A stretch of 64,000 bases of DNA. It comes from Novakomyces olei. Its lineage: Eukaryota. The stretch lies in NCBI GenBank assembly GCA_016906335.1, contig JADEYG010000007.1, forward strand, positions 682,001 through 746,000. The letters are read 5' to 3'. Made by a program: the position numbers and the translations under genes. Each line of letters starts with the position of its first letter. Position 1 is the first letter of the stretch. The notes under the pieces were generated by a model. It worked only from the letters and a program-made list of their open reading frames with translations. It ran no database searches and was not told the origin of the DNA. Positions 25,073 through 41,071 of the stretch are shown here, in pieces.

Positions 25073-25823
25073 ATCTCTCTATCCGCAATGGAACAAGGCT
25101 GTGAGAGCGGCTCGATCAGTCGGCAAATACGAGCTGGATACGATATACCCTATTTAGACTAGAAACCTTGAAGGCGCTCGTGAAACAGATTTAGTGTTTG
25201 TACGGCGGACAAGTAATAATCGTGCATTCTCAAAGTATCTCAGATGTAGAGTATTTTAGGATAAGGTAGGGAATATATACTCAGGGTTAGGTTTATTAAT
25301 CTAACCCTGGTACTACGATGGGCCAGCACAAACGTAGTTTTCCAACCACCAGCGCCATCTGGTTTAACGATAATCCGCGCGTACAATGGGCAATGTCGCG
25401 TAAAATAACAACCTAAGTAGTCCACCAAGTATCAAATTCATATTCATTGAATGCAGGAGAAAGTGCAAGTGCACCGTTATAGAAATTGTCTGTCAACGAA
25501 ACAGATGTCGTTATTTAATTTTAGTATCCGATCATTTTCACATTACCAAGCCAAGCAGCTAAATAAATACAGAAACGTTCGCCGATTTTCGTATTGTATA
25601 CGCTGTGTATGACGAGGCAGCCATTGGCTATTGATCTATTGCACATTTATATGTGAAGTAATTTATGATTTATTGAATAATTGTCGCACGTAATACGCCT
25701 GCTTTTTGTGCATTTTTGAATTAATACGATTAGATATACGTTGAAGCCATAGTATATTATTCTTTAGAGAAAGCCATATTATGACTTCATGAAGGACGGA
25801 CGGCATTGCTGCACCGGCAAAAA

Positions 25824-27040
25824 ATGGCACCCTCTGCGGATTCTTCCGTAGCTGACGAAGGCTTTATGCGACTGCGAAAACGCATATTAACTAGTCACGA
25901 TTTGGATCTTTTCTTACAAGGGTCGACTTACTCAACGATTCTGAATTTTGTGAAAGATCTGAACGCGACTATTATAGGCCTGCCGCTTTCTTCACCATGC
26001 GAAGAGTCCGAAGTATATAGTCTTTGCTGCATTTTGGTCAAGTCTAACTTTTTAGGTAATCCGCGGGATGATTGCAGTCCTGGACGATATTGAGGTCATT
26101 GCGGACAAAGTGCCGCCAGTTGAAAACAATCTGTCACGGTTTGGTAATCCGGCTTTCCGAGATTTTTACGATCGCGTACAGGCGGCCATGCCACAAATGC
26201 ATGCTCGATTTCCCACCTTAAATGGAGCCATAATAGAGTTATCGGGCTATCTGGCGGAGGCTTTCGGTAATCGGACCCGGATCGACTATGGCTCCGGTCA
26301 CGAGCTTTCTTTCCTCTCATGGATGTAAGTGAACAAAACTAAAATAATCGGCTCTTTCTTGCTGAAGGACACTAATCAGTGAAATAGGCTGTGCTTCTAC
26401 AAATTGGGCCTCGTTGAGGTTGACAAGGTTCTAGTATTACGTGTTTTTGTACGCTACATGAATTTAATGCGAAAGTTACAGGCCAAATACTGGCAGGAGC
26501 CTGCAGGGTCTCATGGTGTATGGGGTCTTGATGATTACCATTTCTTGCCGTTTCTTTTCGGTTCTGGGCAACTCGTTGGGCACAAGTACCTGACTCCCAA
26601 GAGCATTCACGATCCAGACATTGTGGAGATGTTTGCACCAGATTATATGTACTACAGGTGTATTCAAAATATTAATAATGTTCGTATACTCATCCCTTAA
26701 TGTTTCTAATGTCCAGGTCAAAACAGCTAGTTTACGATGGCACAGTCCCATGTTGGACGATATTTCCGGTGTTAAACGGTGGGCTAAAGTCAATGAAGGC
26801 ATGATCAAAATGTATAATGCAGAGGTGTTGTCCAAATTACCGGTAATGCAGCATTTCATGTTTGGGAGTATCCTTCCTGCAAGTGAGGGTATGAGCTTAG
26901 GGCCAGAAGACCCGGAGGAGGACGATGCACACGCTGAACATGTGCATGGCTGGGGCGATTGTTGTGGCATCAAGGTGCCCAGCGCTATCGCAGCTCGACA
27001 GGCAGAGGGAAATGGATTCAGGCGGCTGCCTTTTGACTAG
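25824..27040 (+). CDS. RRD2: PP2A activator PTPA (Rrd2/Ypa2), 4 exons
   Basis: [73 protein letters not shown]. Confidence 0.93.
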
Positions 27041-27252
27041 AATTTTTAATACTTGGCTTAGATTTTATGATACGTAATGAAGATTGCATTATTTATAAGG
27101 CTCGATGCGCCGGGAACGAATACCTTTATTGGGAAAAGAATACAGACCATTAGAATCATATTGCCATATAGTCAAATATTCTGCTACTACATCCAGTATT
27201 TCTAGAACTTTATTTCCAATAGCCGGATAAGAATCAATAAATTATGTTTTGT

Positions 27253-27660
27253 CTATTCGTCAAGCAAGTGATGGCCTTCCTTGGACTGGTAAAAATGGTT
27301 GCTAGACCATGTTAGTATTGCCATTTTGATCCGATTGAATTTTATTTTTTTTTTAAAAAGTGTAGAGATGTCTTACGTTTCCTTGGACCAAGTGTAGATT
27401 CCGTATGCAAGCGACAATGGAACTCCAAAGTACAGAATCTGCGAGCGAGTGCGCCGTGCTGTGTTGAAAACAGCATTGTGGAGGGCCCCAGCCAACGGGC
27501 GCTGCTGAAAGGGTGAGAGTACGTACGTGACGATACCCTTTTGCTTGGGGCTACCGAGATGGCCTTTTCAGTATTAGCATTAGAAACCCACACTCGTGAC
27601 TCTGAGAAAAAAGTACTCACCCCACCAGCCCATGTAAGCATTTCCGCCACCGCCGCCCAT
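27253..27660 (-). CDS. QCR8: Cytochrome bc1 complex subunit 8, 3 exons (absent from the ORF track)
   Basis: Spliced product: MGGGGGNAYMGWW|GHLGSPKQKGIVTYVLSPFQQRPLAGPLHNAVFNTARRTRSQILYFGVPLSLAYGIYTWSKET|NHFYQSKEGHHLLDE*. Confidence 0.95.
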
Positions 27661-28047
27661 GGTGCCAACGATGCAAATTGAAGACTCAAAGAATGCTTTT
27701 CAAATGTACAGTGACTGCGGCAAACCCGGATCAAATATTCGTTTTATTGTCAAGACGCCTATTGGGAACTACATGTATAAATGAAAACCCTGACTAGAGC
27801 AAAGGACAGAAAACCCGTGCAATTTACGCTATAATTTTTATATTAATGCTACGCAGATTTGCGTGCGTGGCGGGCATATTAGCTATACTAAATCTGAATG
27901 AAACCCATATAATAAGTACTTTCTCAATATTCCACTAGTTGCACCGACGTCCGAGAAGAGCTAGTCCTAAAAACCCTGATCGTACTGCGCAAAATAGCTG
28001 GAGCCAGCAATAATTCACCCACGCACCAAAATTCGAATCCGACTCTA

Positions 28048-29128
28048 ATGGCACAGGCGGTGTTAGAAGGCATTAGCCGGGCGGCTATTCCGCTAGGTAT
28101 CGGCTTTGCTCTTATCAACGTGTCTATGTACGACGTGCGTGGCGGTACGCGGGCGGTTATATTTGACCGTATTGCGGGAGTGAAGGATCAGGTCGTGCAA
28201 GAGGGTACTCATTTCTTGGTCCCATGGCTGCAGCGAGCGGTTATTTATGATGTGCGTACGCGACCACGGAACATTGCCACTACGACTGGCTCAAAAGATC
28301 TGCAGATGGTTTCACTTACTCTTCGTGTCCTGCACCATCCGCAAGTGAAAATGCTACCAAAGATTTATCAGGTATGTTTTAATAAAGGTCTTGGGGTTTT
28401 TGGTTCTTTTTTTGAAAACTAATGTTTTAATGTTGGACTCATGGGTTTTCCATGTGTCCCTTAATATTCATGATCTGTTATCGTTCTTATTTTATCGAAT
28501 AATTTAATTCGTTCAAGTTGATTTGTGTTTTTCATCCGTGCTATCGAGCCTTTCTTTTCCAGCGTCTACCCGTTCATGTTTCTAACAAAAGTAGAGTCTT
28601 GGTTTGGATTACGACGAAAGAGTATTGCCGTCTATTGGCAACGAAGTTCTCAAGGCTATTGTAGCTCAGTTTGACGCGGAAGAGCTAATCACTCAACGAG
28701 AAGTGGTTTCCTCGCGTATCCGTGAAGATCTTGTTCGCCGAGCCTCAGAGTTCGGTATTGAGCTTGAGGATGTTTCCATTACACACATGACTTTTGGAAA
28801 GGATTTCACCAAAGCCGTAGAGCGTAAACAGATTGCTCAGCAAGATGCTGAACGTGCGCGTTTCCTTGTGGAACGAGCCAAGCAGGAACGTGATGCCAGT
28901 GTCATTCGAGCTGAGGGTGAAGCAGAAGCGGCGGACAATATTCAGCGTGCTCTTGCTGCCTCTGGTGAAGGTCTCATTCAGGTGCGTCGCATTGAAGCCA
29001 GCAAAGAAATTGCTCAGACTCTGAGCCAGAGCAACAATGTCGTCTATCTACCGGGCGGAGGTAATGCCGCTGGTGGAGAAGCTGGTGCTGCAAATAGTCC
29101 CAGCTTGCTACTAAATATTGGCCGGTGA
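28048..29128 (+). CDS. PHB1: Prohibitin 1, 2 exons
   Basis: [14 protein letters not shown]...[16 protein letters not shown]...[16 protein letters not shown]...[11 protein letters not shown]. Confidence 0.97.
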
Positions 29129-29822
29129 TTCCTTTTCTTGATGCCCTCCCAATGCTCCTCTCTTAATTATATAGGATAATGAATATTTCTATCAAGAATG
29201 GAGTAGATTGAAATGGTTTGTATATAAATGCAATGTAGCTCAAGTCTTCTTTTTGCACATGTTCTAGCGACATTTTTGGCTACTACTGCGGGATACCCCT
29301 CCTATTAGCACCAGCAAACGTCTAAACTAAGGGGGTATTACCGTCTTTGTCCGAGTTTAGACAATATGAGATTAAAGTGGTGTCTGACAGGTGCTTAAAA
29401 TACTATAATCCTGAATCTACTCTTTTCACGTATTGATGTCTATAACGGCTGGCAAATAAATTAGACGCAGCAACCCAAAGACTATTTCGATGTTTGTCGT
29501 ACTAAAGCGCGTGTCCATTGAAAGTTAGAGAAGACTCCTATTTTGTTGAAAATATATAAGAATATATAAAATAATATATCTGTACCTATACATTTAACAT
29601 ATACTACGGCAACCAAACAAATCATATGTGAGCCATGTACATAGTGTAGTTCTTTTGCAATAATAAAATACAACATTGTAGTGAGCTTCAAAGGTACAGA
29701 ATAGAAATTCTCTTTTGGCCGACATAAATTACCACCCCCGTGCATTGGGTAAGAAGCCATCTTGAATACTTGTTATATACAAAGAAACGAGACTCATAAA
29801 GGAGCAGGGCGGCACAGGTTAT

Positions 29823-30656
29823 ATGCTCTACGTAGCCGCAGCGCTCCGGTCGCTTGCGCGGCGGCAAACGGACGTTCCATCGTCTGCGTTGCTACGTGTA
29901 CCTTTGCGGCCTCAGGCTTTTACAGCTGCCGTTGCCTTACAACAGCAATGTCTGCGATTTAGCAGTCGCTCTGTCCCTGTTGCTACGGCATCAAAGGACA
30001 AAGAGCCTACGGTAATAAACCAGAAAATGCAAAAGGCCAAAGACGTATCCAAACGCCAAACCGACTCGGATCAACAAGCTCTCACGTCTCCGCCTTTAGT
30101 CCCGTCTACACGCGATATTGCCGTCAGTGGTAAGTAGTGACGTGTGTTGATTTGGTACTAATTCAAAGACTTGAAAACTGCAAGCTTCTATGCCGGCGAT
30201 TTCCCCTTATTTTTGGACAATCTCAGGCCTCAGCACGGAAAGCGTATTACTGTAAAGGCTTCAGATAAAGAGCAAGTGCTGGCCGCCGTGTCCCAGCTAC
30301 AACCAAGGCCTTTACCCATAAAAGGTGTGAACCCGCCTAAACGGTGGGAAGCGTCAGTAGATGCATTAGCGGGTATTGAAAAGGACCAATTACCTATTCT
30401 GCGGCGGCAGTTGGAAGAAAGACTGCAAGCACAGGGACACGATTTGAACAGGGCCGTTCAGCAGCAGCGGATGCTGGCCGGTTTGGGACCAGCACTACCG
30501 GCAGGCATGTACCGTGTAGAATACAACAAAAAGTCGGGCGATTATAGTATGTACCTTACATCAGTCTTACGCAAACGACGGCTCAAGATGAAGAAGCACA
30601 AGTGGAAGAAGAGAAGAAAGCTCAACCGTATCCGACGGCAGCATATGAATAAGTGA
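29823..30656 (+). CDS. COX24: Mitochondrial small-subunit protein mS38/Cox24-like, 2 exons
   Basis: Arg/Ala-rich presequence and the C-terminal motif YLTSVLRKRRLKMKKHKWKKRRK. Confidence 0.8.
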
Positions 30657-31014
30657 TTTACTTTGCACGGGAGACGTGTACGTAGAACGTGGTCCAAGCT
30701 ATCGCATTGCATTACTACAACTATGATAAACTGAGAATTGCTGCTTTTCATCCTCCCCGTCCCGCGTACTAAAAATTATAGGCACGAGTGTAGCTTTTAG
30801 TCGTTTCAACGCCGTATTACGTCTGTCTGGCTTTGTCTGGCAAATACTGACGAACAATGATTCGGGAACAATATTGACGAACAATAACTCGGGTACACTT
30901 TATAATTTACTCTGCGCTGCTTTAGAGTGCCCAAATCTTGTGATATTTACAATCAGAGAGCGTATTTGCTTTAGCATTGCATCACCAATAGACCGGAAGT
31001 ATCGCCCAACCCAC

Positions 31015-31554
31015 TTATGGCTCTCTATCCAATCGTCTGGCGTAGAGAGTGTTGTAATAGGCAACAAGACAATTGAACCCAACATGGTCACCGGCCCGCA
31101 AAATATTCGCAGCATCTACATTTAGAGGCGAATCTACAGCGGGCGATTCGAGCAACCCTCGTACAGCTTTGACCGCGGACTGAAGCGTCCAAGCGGGAGT
31201 CCAGGTTCCGCTTCCAGGCTGCAGGAGATCAAGGCAGATTTCGCCAGTGCTGAACTGCACATTTGGATGGCACACTTTTGTAGCAAACGTGATCCGTGGT
31301 GGGACGATAGGGTACTTTTCATCCAGCTTAATGTCCAGCTCCCAAACGTAGCCTGAGCGCCAAGGTCAGTTCGAGCGTGCACTTGCGATCTTACCAGTAT
31401 AAGCAGTGTCAGGCGGCCCGATCAGCTGTGCTTTCCAGTGTAGCAGGTCCTCTCCTGCAGGTGCGAGCTCTATAAAGTCGCTGTCTGCGTCAATCTGACC
31501 GGCCTTGCGTGATGCTAGTTGCCGCCATTCACGTTGAAGCCGTTGCGCGGCCAT
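31015..31554 (-). CDS. PEX4: Ubiquitin-conjugating enzyme E2, Pex4/Ubc16-like, 2 exons
   Basis: MAAQRLQREW...GPPDTAY...YPIVPP...CHPNVQFSTGEICLDLL...WTPAWTL...DSPLNVDAANILRAGD. Confidence 0.75.
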
Positions 31555-32031
31555 ATTTACATTAAAGCATCCGTATACTGCTCATCTTTTGACTCATCTT
31601 TGCCTGTGGACTGCGCTTTATGGTACATTTCTTTTATTATTTTCTAGTCTACTCTAATTTTGGTCAACGCGCTAAAACTCTATAAATTCGATTTTTCTGA
31701 AAATGTAAGACATTGTAGCTCGCCTTCACAAGGAAGTATAAATAAATAATATCGGTATCATAATTTGGTATTGCTGTCCCAATCAATATATTATCCATTC
31801 ACTGCTATTTATATGTATACGACGACGATAACATGATAATCCTATTAATAGACGAGAACCGTTATCAAACGTCAGTGCTTAACCCAAATGGAAAGCTCTG
31901 TGTAAAATAGTATACGCGTCGTTGGGACAAATCGCGGTGCCGGAAAATAGGTGGAAAATCCCAAATTAATCTCGGACGGCTCACATATTAAAACTGGATT
32001 CAGTATCAAAAGAGGGCGCTTCCGGGCGATT

Positions 32032-33286
32032 ATGCCACCACCGATAGGCACACCAACGCAATCCATAATCAGTGAAAACTCAGAGCGGTTACTACAAGAA
32101 TTGTCGGACGATTCGGTCGAACTGGAAGAAAGTGCAGATCGGATACGAGCGCATTATGGTGATGATGATACTTTTACACTTGGACTATGGATTTTGAGCA
32201 TTTTAGAATCACCAGATAATACGGTAAGATTGTAATGATGTCATGAAATACACTAAACTCCAAAGGCGCCCGCGAAGACGCGTGCGGAATTCGTACTATG
32301 GTCACTTTACCGCGATTATCCAAGACGATTGAACCCTTTTCTGTGTCATTTTCGCGATGTTATAGCAAAAATTGATCCTATGGCTATTAATGTCGCACAA
32401 CTCGTCGCTTATGCGACTATGGCGACGGGAGCAGACACGGAGAATTTGTCACCTTACTTTATTGGCCGTTTACGTGTTGAGGATTTACAAAATAGAGCAG
32501 CTGAATTATGGGCCCCGCAGCAAGCATCGGCTTTGTCGACGCTTTTGTCTCATCTGGATATTGAAGTGGCAGAGCAATTAGGGCAAACAGGTGAGACATT
32601 GAAAGAAATAATTAGGAGTATAATACTTCATAAACTGTTCGCAGCTAGTGTTATAATGGCAGGTGCTAATGATAGACTCTGCAGCAGGATTGAGGCATGC
32701 AGAAGCAAAGGAAAAGGAGGTAGGTGAATTTGAAATCAAAGCACAATAAGAATAAAATATCGAAAAAGCAATTAAATACCAATTTACTTACAAAAAGTTT
32801 TTGAGGATAAGGATGAAAGAGGAGCCAAACGAGGCGATAGCCGTGTGGGATATGACGGTTGCTAATATAATGGATCTGTTGCAGTCCGATAAGGCCTTCT
32901 TGTTCGATTTGACCCAGACAATATTGCGATCAAATCGTCGTAATGAGTTTCTAGAGGCTCTGACGAGGCTTCCTATTGCTCTATCAGCGCTTGATCTGTT
33001 TTCCAAATTAGTTGAATGGGACGAAACGATTTTGTTGGAGAATGAATTGGTTCCAGAAGGAGTTTTCCACAGATTTCTGCATAAGGCAGGCTACGCACTA
33101 GAGGCGAAACATGATGTTAAGGAAAAGCATCGTATGGCCACAATGCTCTGTATGTGTGTGAAAAATATGGTAACCCGAGGACGAATTGACTTGTCCGGAT
33201 ACATTTACGATATCCAGAGTATTTGTATTTCCCTTTTGCATATTGAGCCGGCGCGTGATTTGTTCATGATGTGCCAGCAGTACTAA
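32032..33286 (+). CDS. CCR4-NOT subunit CNOT11-like protein, 3 exons
   Basis: N-terminal VLWSLYRDYP..LNPF and C-terminal HRMATMLCMCVKNMV...DIQSICISLLHIEPARDLF resemble the two conserved CNOT11 blocks. Intron 2 boundaries are uncertain. Confidence 0.6.
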
Positions 33287-33846
33287 TTAGAGGCTAGTAC
33301 CCTCTACTGTTTGCCAAAACTCGGATAGAAAAAGGAATGAATGAAGGGCTACAGAGACGGTCTATCGGAAGCGAATTATACGTGGGCGACTACTGTGTAT
33401 ATAGACAGGTATGACTTTAAAGGCATCGTCATACTGTACATTAATCAATGAAAATGGTTTATATTATAGCAATCAGTTGAATTTTGTCTGCTTTCTGTCC
33501 ATTTATTCTGCAATTATCCAGTCGATTACTGTTTATATATTGAACGGCTCGTGTTACTTTAATTAATTCTGAACATGTGGCTATTCAAGTCTAGACGTGT
33601 ATATTTTGCCCGAGCAATGACTTCCTAATACGTATATGTGAATATGCTTGAAAACCCCCATTCAAATGCATCTTGCTCGCGATTCGCTTTAATTATTGGG
33701 TTTTTTTAAGGTACGGACTACGTCACAGAATGTATCGTCCACTCGCCAATTAAAGTAACACCGGCGTACAGCACAAAAAGGATCAAAACAAACATTGTCT
33801 AGCAAAGTCGATTCTGCACAATACCATATTCTAACCGAATTTCAAT

Positions 33847-34416
33847 ATGGCTTTCACCGCGTCTGACATATTCAAAATCCTTCTTGCGATTATCCTGCCG
33901 CCTCTTGGTAAGCTTCAAACCGTTTACAGTCTTCATTTTGGCAGTCGAACATTACGAAAGGGGCTTTCTCCTCTTCTTTCTGTTTCCGGAAAGGAACTGA
34001 GGACGGTGAAGGGCCAATGCATTTCGTATTTCAGATGTCTACTTTTTCCTTGATTTCTGCAACTTGTGGACCGCTGTTTTTTTGGGGACTGATGGCAAAA
34101 GACGCTCAGCTTGGAATCTATCTTGCCCTTTTTTTTTGTAGCCATCTCCCGCTGTTCCCGGCTTTTATTCTTATATAGTCTTCTTCAACTAACGAGCTTC
34201 ATATCGCGCTCACTTGATGAAAACAAAATTTGTAAAATGTTTGAGCCAAATTCTGACATATCACAGGTGTGTTCCTCGAACGTGGCTGTGGCGCTGATAT
34301 CTTAATTAACATTTTGTTGTGCTGTCTGGGCTATGTCCCTGGGATTCTGCACGCGTAAGTGATTGATGTTTATGTATGCTTATTTCTGCAGGCTTTACAT
34401 AATCTTTAAATATTAG
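33847..34416 (+). CDS. PMP3: Plasma membrane proteolipid Pmp3, 3 exons
   Basis: MAFTASDIFKILLAIILPPLGVFLERGCGADILINILLCCLGYVPGILHALYIIFKY*. Confidence 0.95.
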
Positions 34417-34885
34417 AGCGCGGCATCTTGTCAGCAATGTGCAGTTCGAGCTGTACCTGATCTTCGAATTTGTTGTTTTTAATTATTTGTGTTTTTAATT
34501 GAAATTATAATCTGAGTTTGTTCTACGATATTCAAGTTTCTCTATCATCAAGTTTTGTTTGTTGGTATATTTGTTTCTCTCAACGAGACGTCTTTTCGTG
34601 CCCTCATTGACTGAACGAGTTCCTTTTCCTGATGCCAAAAATGATATGCGCTAATAGTTGTTTATTTTTCGATTGCTCTGTGGACGGTTTCTTCCGGCTC
34701 TTTAAAGAGCATTGATATTAATATGGCTATAATGGTTTGAACAAAAATGTGGTATAATAACGTAAATGTACACAATGCACAAAACAATTAATAACCGAAC
34801 GCTGTCGTATTGCAATGAATTCATTGACAGATTTTTCATTATAGCAATGTCATACATCGACGTTGTAAACCCCCTTTTACCCGTT

Positions 34886-35424
34886 CTAATTTTGTGCGCC
34901 ATGAGGAAACAAGTAAGCCGGATCATAAATGTTAGCGCCTGCCTCCAACGCACTAATCAATGCCTGTAAAGATCGAGTGTCTTCTAAGCGCGAAGCCTTT
35001 AATGATAAGTACATGCTAGACCAATTGGTTTGCCTACCTTTCGGAGCTCGTCAAGCTCCGCTCCAAACTCTTTTGCTATCATGTCGCGATACATGGCACG
35101 AAAATCTGCAGTTTCTGCGCCAGCAGCCCCATATAACGAGCTCAGAGAAAGTGGATATTCGACTGGAGCCGTCTCAACCGTTCTGTCCTGATAAGTCAGC
35201 AAGCATTCGGAAATAGATCATAATACATGTGATTCGTTATCGGAGCTAGCATCTTCAGGTTCTTCTTCGCTCATCTCATTTTCCTCTTGCTCTCCTTCAT
35301 CGTTTGGCATTGCATCATCTTGAGCCACAGTTCTCCTTGCAACATTAAGCGCATGTCCCTTCAAATTTGATCTATTCGTATCGCGCGCATCGTTATCTCG
35401 TGAGCGACGGCGCTTTACGCCCAT
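34886..35424 (-). CDS. RSA3: Ribosome assembly protein Rsa3-like, 3 exons
   Basis: Basic/acidic N-terminus, then FRAMYRDMIAKEFGAELDELRK|ASRLEDTRSLQALISALEAGANIY, matching the Rsa3 motif. Confidence 0.7.
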
Positions 35425-36382
35425 TCTTACGGCCCTACTTGATTCAAATATCCATCAATATGTGGATCATTTAGCAGCTTTATTTTATTTTATTTTTCTA
35501 TGCTTCTATTCTATCTCCGTTCTTCCTTGATAATTTTCACTTTTATTACTGGCTTGTTTTATTTTTTTTATTTCGTTCTTAAATGTATTATTTTCAATAT
35601 CATCCTTTATATTGATTGAGATCTAGCGCATTTGACAGACACGTTATCATTCTCGCTAGACTCGTCATAAGCCGAGGTATATTTAAGAAGCCAATTGATA
35701 CCAGGTCAGCATATGGGCTTTATCTTAATTTGGTCGAGGTGATAGACCGTGATTTTCTAAAATATTAATTTGAATTTTATCAGTATGATCCACTGAGCCG
35801 CTTGGCTATTTGAGTTATTACCACATAAATATCATAATTACCGTGAGAAGGTTAAATACTAATTTAAACTCCTCTTTCGTATATCGAATATGTTTACCCA
35901 TCATATTGCCGAGTTAATCCACGCTAATCAAATATTTGTATCAAGTTTCGGCAAAAGAACCCGTTAATGCTCCGTAGTAATAGCTTGAACAGGCTTCTCC
36001 CGTGCTTTTCACGAACAATTTAGTCATTATTAGGGATATCGTGACATTCTGATAGATTTCTACTATGGTTATCAGTGAGTCGATTGATAATTACTTGTAT
36101 TTGAGCTTCGAATATACTTGACACGTCTAGAAGGAGGCCGCGTCATCATAGTATAAAATGTATTGATATTTTATTGTGAGACCGGCAAACCGGTGTGGAA
36201 AGAATTACACTATGTTGGAATAATCATTCTCCATCACTATATATGAATACTATTGCGGTCAAGCACATATTAAATAATATATATATATATATATATACAG
36301 ATCTACCTCCACGGAACGGAATCAACCACCTCAGCACTGACAATATCCGATAGCAACCTTTCCAGACCGATTCATCATCAAA

Positions 36383-36876
<494 letters not shown>

Positions 36877-38732
36877 GCGTAATTCCGAACGACATTGGAT
36901 TTTACATGCAAATAGACTATGCTTTAATTGGTCTGTTACAGGTTCCACAATGTGTGCTAGGCCAGCGGCATTTAGATCTTACTATCCGGCAACGGTCGGC
37001 AAAGTTGAACTGGTCGCTACCTTTCAACATTTATTTCCTTTATACAGACTTTTATATGTCTTTTTATACTTCGAATGTTTTGAACTTTGGTGCCAGCGTG
37101 CGACTTTTTGTATGAGCCGTAGTGGTCATTTACTTAATGATGGAATGGAAATGGATGAATTTATGATATTACAAAGCAGTTCCTTACGTTTGCATCTTTG
37201 CAGAATTGTGTAGATGGTATTTTGCGTAGAGTAGTCTTGATTCCGTGTCAACCTCGGACTGTTCATTATCACTTCCCACCTGTACTCTTTGTGGCGAAAT
37301 GATGATAGTGTTGGACCGTATCACGGAATTGCTGACAAGTAATTAAATATGGGAGAATCTGTTTACGAGCCGAAAACAATCCCGAGTATGATATGGATGG
37401 GAACGTTCAACGTAGTTGGTATCCTTATTCTGTTATATCTGGATAGCGTCAGGGGCTTTATTGCCGCTTCGTATGGAAGTTTCCATATATTGGCTTTTAT
37501 ACCATACCGAAACCGGTGATAGACATGGGGCCGATGTATGACTTATATGAATAACGTAGTGAGTGATTGTCTAAATCGCTGCAATAATAAAGGAATCCTA
37601 GGGCGCCTCTATTCTATTATTGTTTATTTACGCCAATCGTCCTCGTCTGTATTCTATTCACCGTTGGGTAGTTGAATCCTTAGGTTTTGCGATGGATCTA
37701 GCTAAAAATTATATGAACACACAAGTGCTATAAAATACGTCATTGTGGCAGAGAAGTATACTGCCGGCAGCTCACTGTATTTGAGCGGCAGATATAGTTT
37801 GATTATTGGCCATCGCGTTGCATGGGATTATACAGCGACTCCCACTCTTTAAAGAGATATATTTGTACGATCAGCGTCACATAGCCTACCCGCAAATAGT
37901 CTCTATAAATCACGGCGCTTAGTTGCCTCCGCTTCGAGTCTTGTTTCAATATCCGCGGCAATAGTATTCTACGAGGCACGGTTGTGGCTATCTAATAACG
38001 ATACTGCTATTCGTCAATATGGGCCAATAGGCACTTGCTCAGCGTAAAAACGACTGATCCACAAGACAAGGGTCATGAACAGAGACGACATATATTTCAT
38101 AGTATAATACTATGTGTTTCTAGACCAAGTGTAACTTATCGCCTAATCAATCAATGGAGCTAGCCTTGCTTGAATCTTAAGTCAAGTATCGTATTGCCGT
38201 ATTTTTTCGTCCAAGGTTGAGAGTTACGTAATTGACGACTGCCTATCCACAATTATTCCGACCCAATGCCATTGAATATCTATAATTAATAAACGAGCGG
38301 GCATCAGTTCCGATACACGCATCGGAACCGTGGCCGACAAAGATGTTTGCTTCAAACAAGCTCTATGTTTGCAATGCACATTTGTGGTTGCATGAATCTG
38401 GCACAACTTTCCAACAGAATGTAGAAGCTTTAGTAACGTTTGCCACAAAACTCGTCACTGTCTAGCACTTAAGCACCTGTAGTGTGTATTATTAGCAAGT
38501 ATTCGAGACTTTAAAAAGAACCGACATATTACGAAGCCAATACTATTTGTACAAGCAATCTCCTATAGCAATGATTTTGGGGGCATAAGCCGATTTGATT
38601 GGCCGGGTTCATAGATAGGCTTATAGATAGGACGATTTTGTAATATATAAATATATATTAATTATTGGTGAGGAATACATAAATTAAATTTACTGGGCAA
38701 CAAATAGCTGTCAAATCCACAGCTTTACGGAC

Positions 38733-40388
<1,656 letters not shown>

Positions 40389-41071
40389 TGTGTATTTTGT
40401 GTGTACCTAATTGAATTGCCATAGTAATAAAAGTGAATTTGAAGTTGTATTCTGTTATAACAGCACTAAAGCCATGATTGTTTGTGCCATATGTGATATT
40501 TATCAAACCTGATTCTGTCCCTTTATATGTACGCTGCGATTGGCTTGGATTACGAATAAGAGCACGTTGTGCCGATGTGATAAGTTTGGAGTAGATGAAC
40601 AACAGCCACTCGTGCCAATACGGCACACTATAGTTTGTAGAGTTATACGCAAATCAAGATCGCCTTCATTAAACATAAATAGATTAATTATGGCATTTCA
40701 AACAATTAAAGGGACACGCTAATTAAAGAAAACGGACTTACAGGTCTGTGCGCAAAATCGGTCAAACGCTGTATAGACGATTCAACATTTATAATCCATT
40801 TATACTGTTATAAACCTTTTATACTGTTATATCTGAATGTAACATGGGCGCTATAATTATCGCTTACTCACTCCTCAAAGGTTCCCATCGTCCATACACA
40901 ATCGGAAAATATCTATAATTGATTATACGAACACAACTGGTGGATAAACAAGTAACCTTACTTTCTGACTGAATAAAACAAGTGCACGTGGGGCCGCAAG
41001 ACGGGCTGAGACGGCAGTTGTCGCAAATCAGCAATATTCAAATTAACAATATATTATCAGCAGTGAATTTA

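Noticed and set aside
37298-37338. Box C (ATGATGA) ... box D (CTGA) pair
   Set aside because: Only about 40 nt apart and no evident rRNA guide; too short for a C/D snoRNA.
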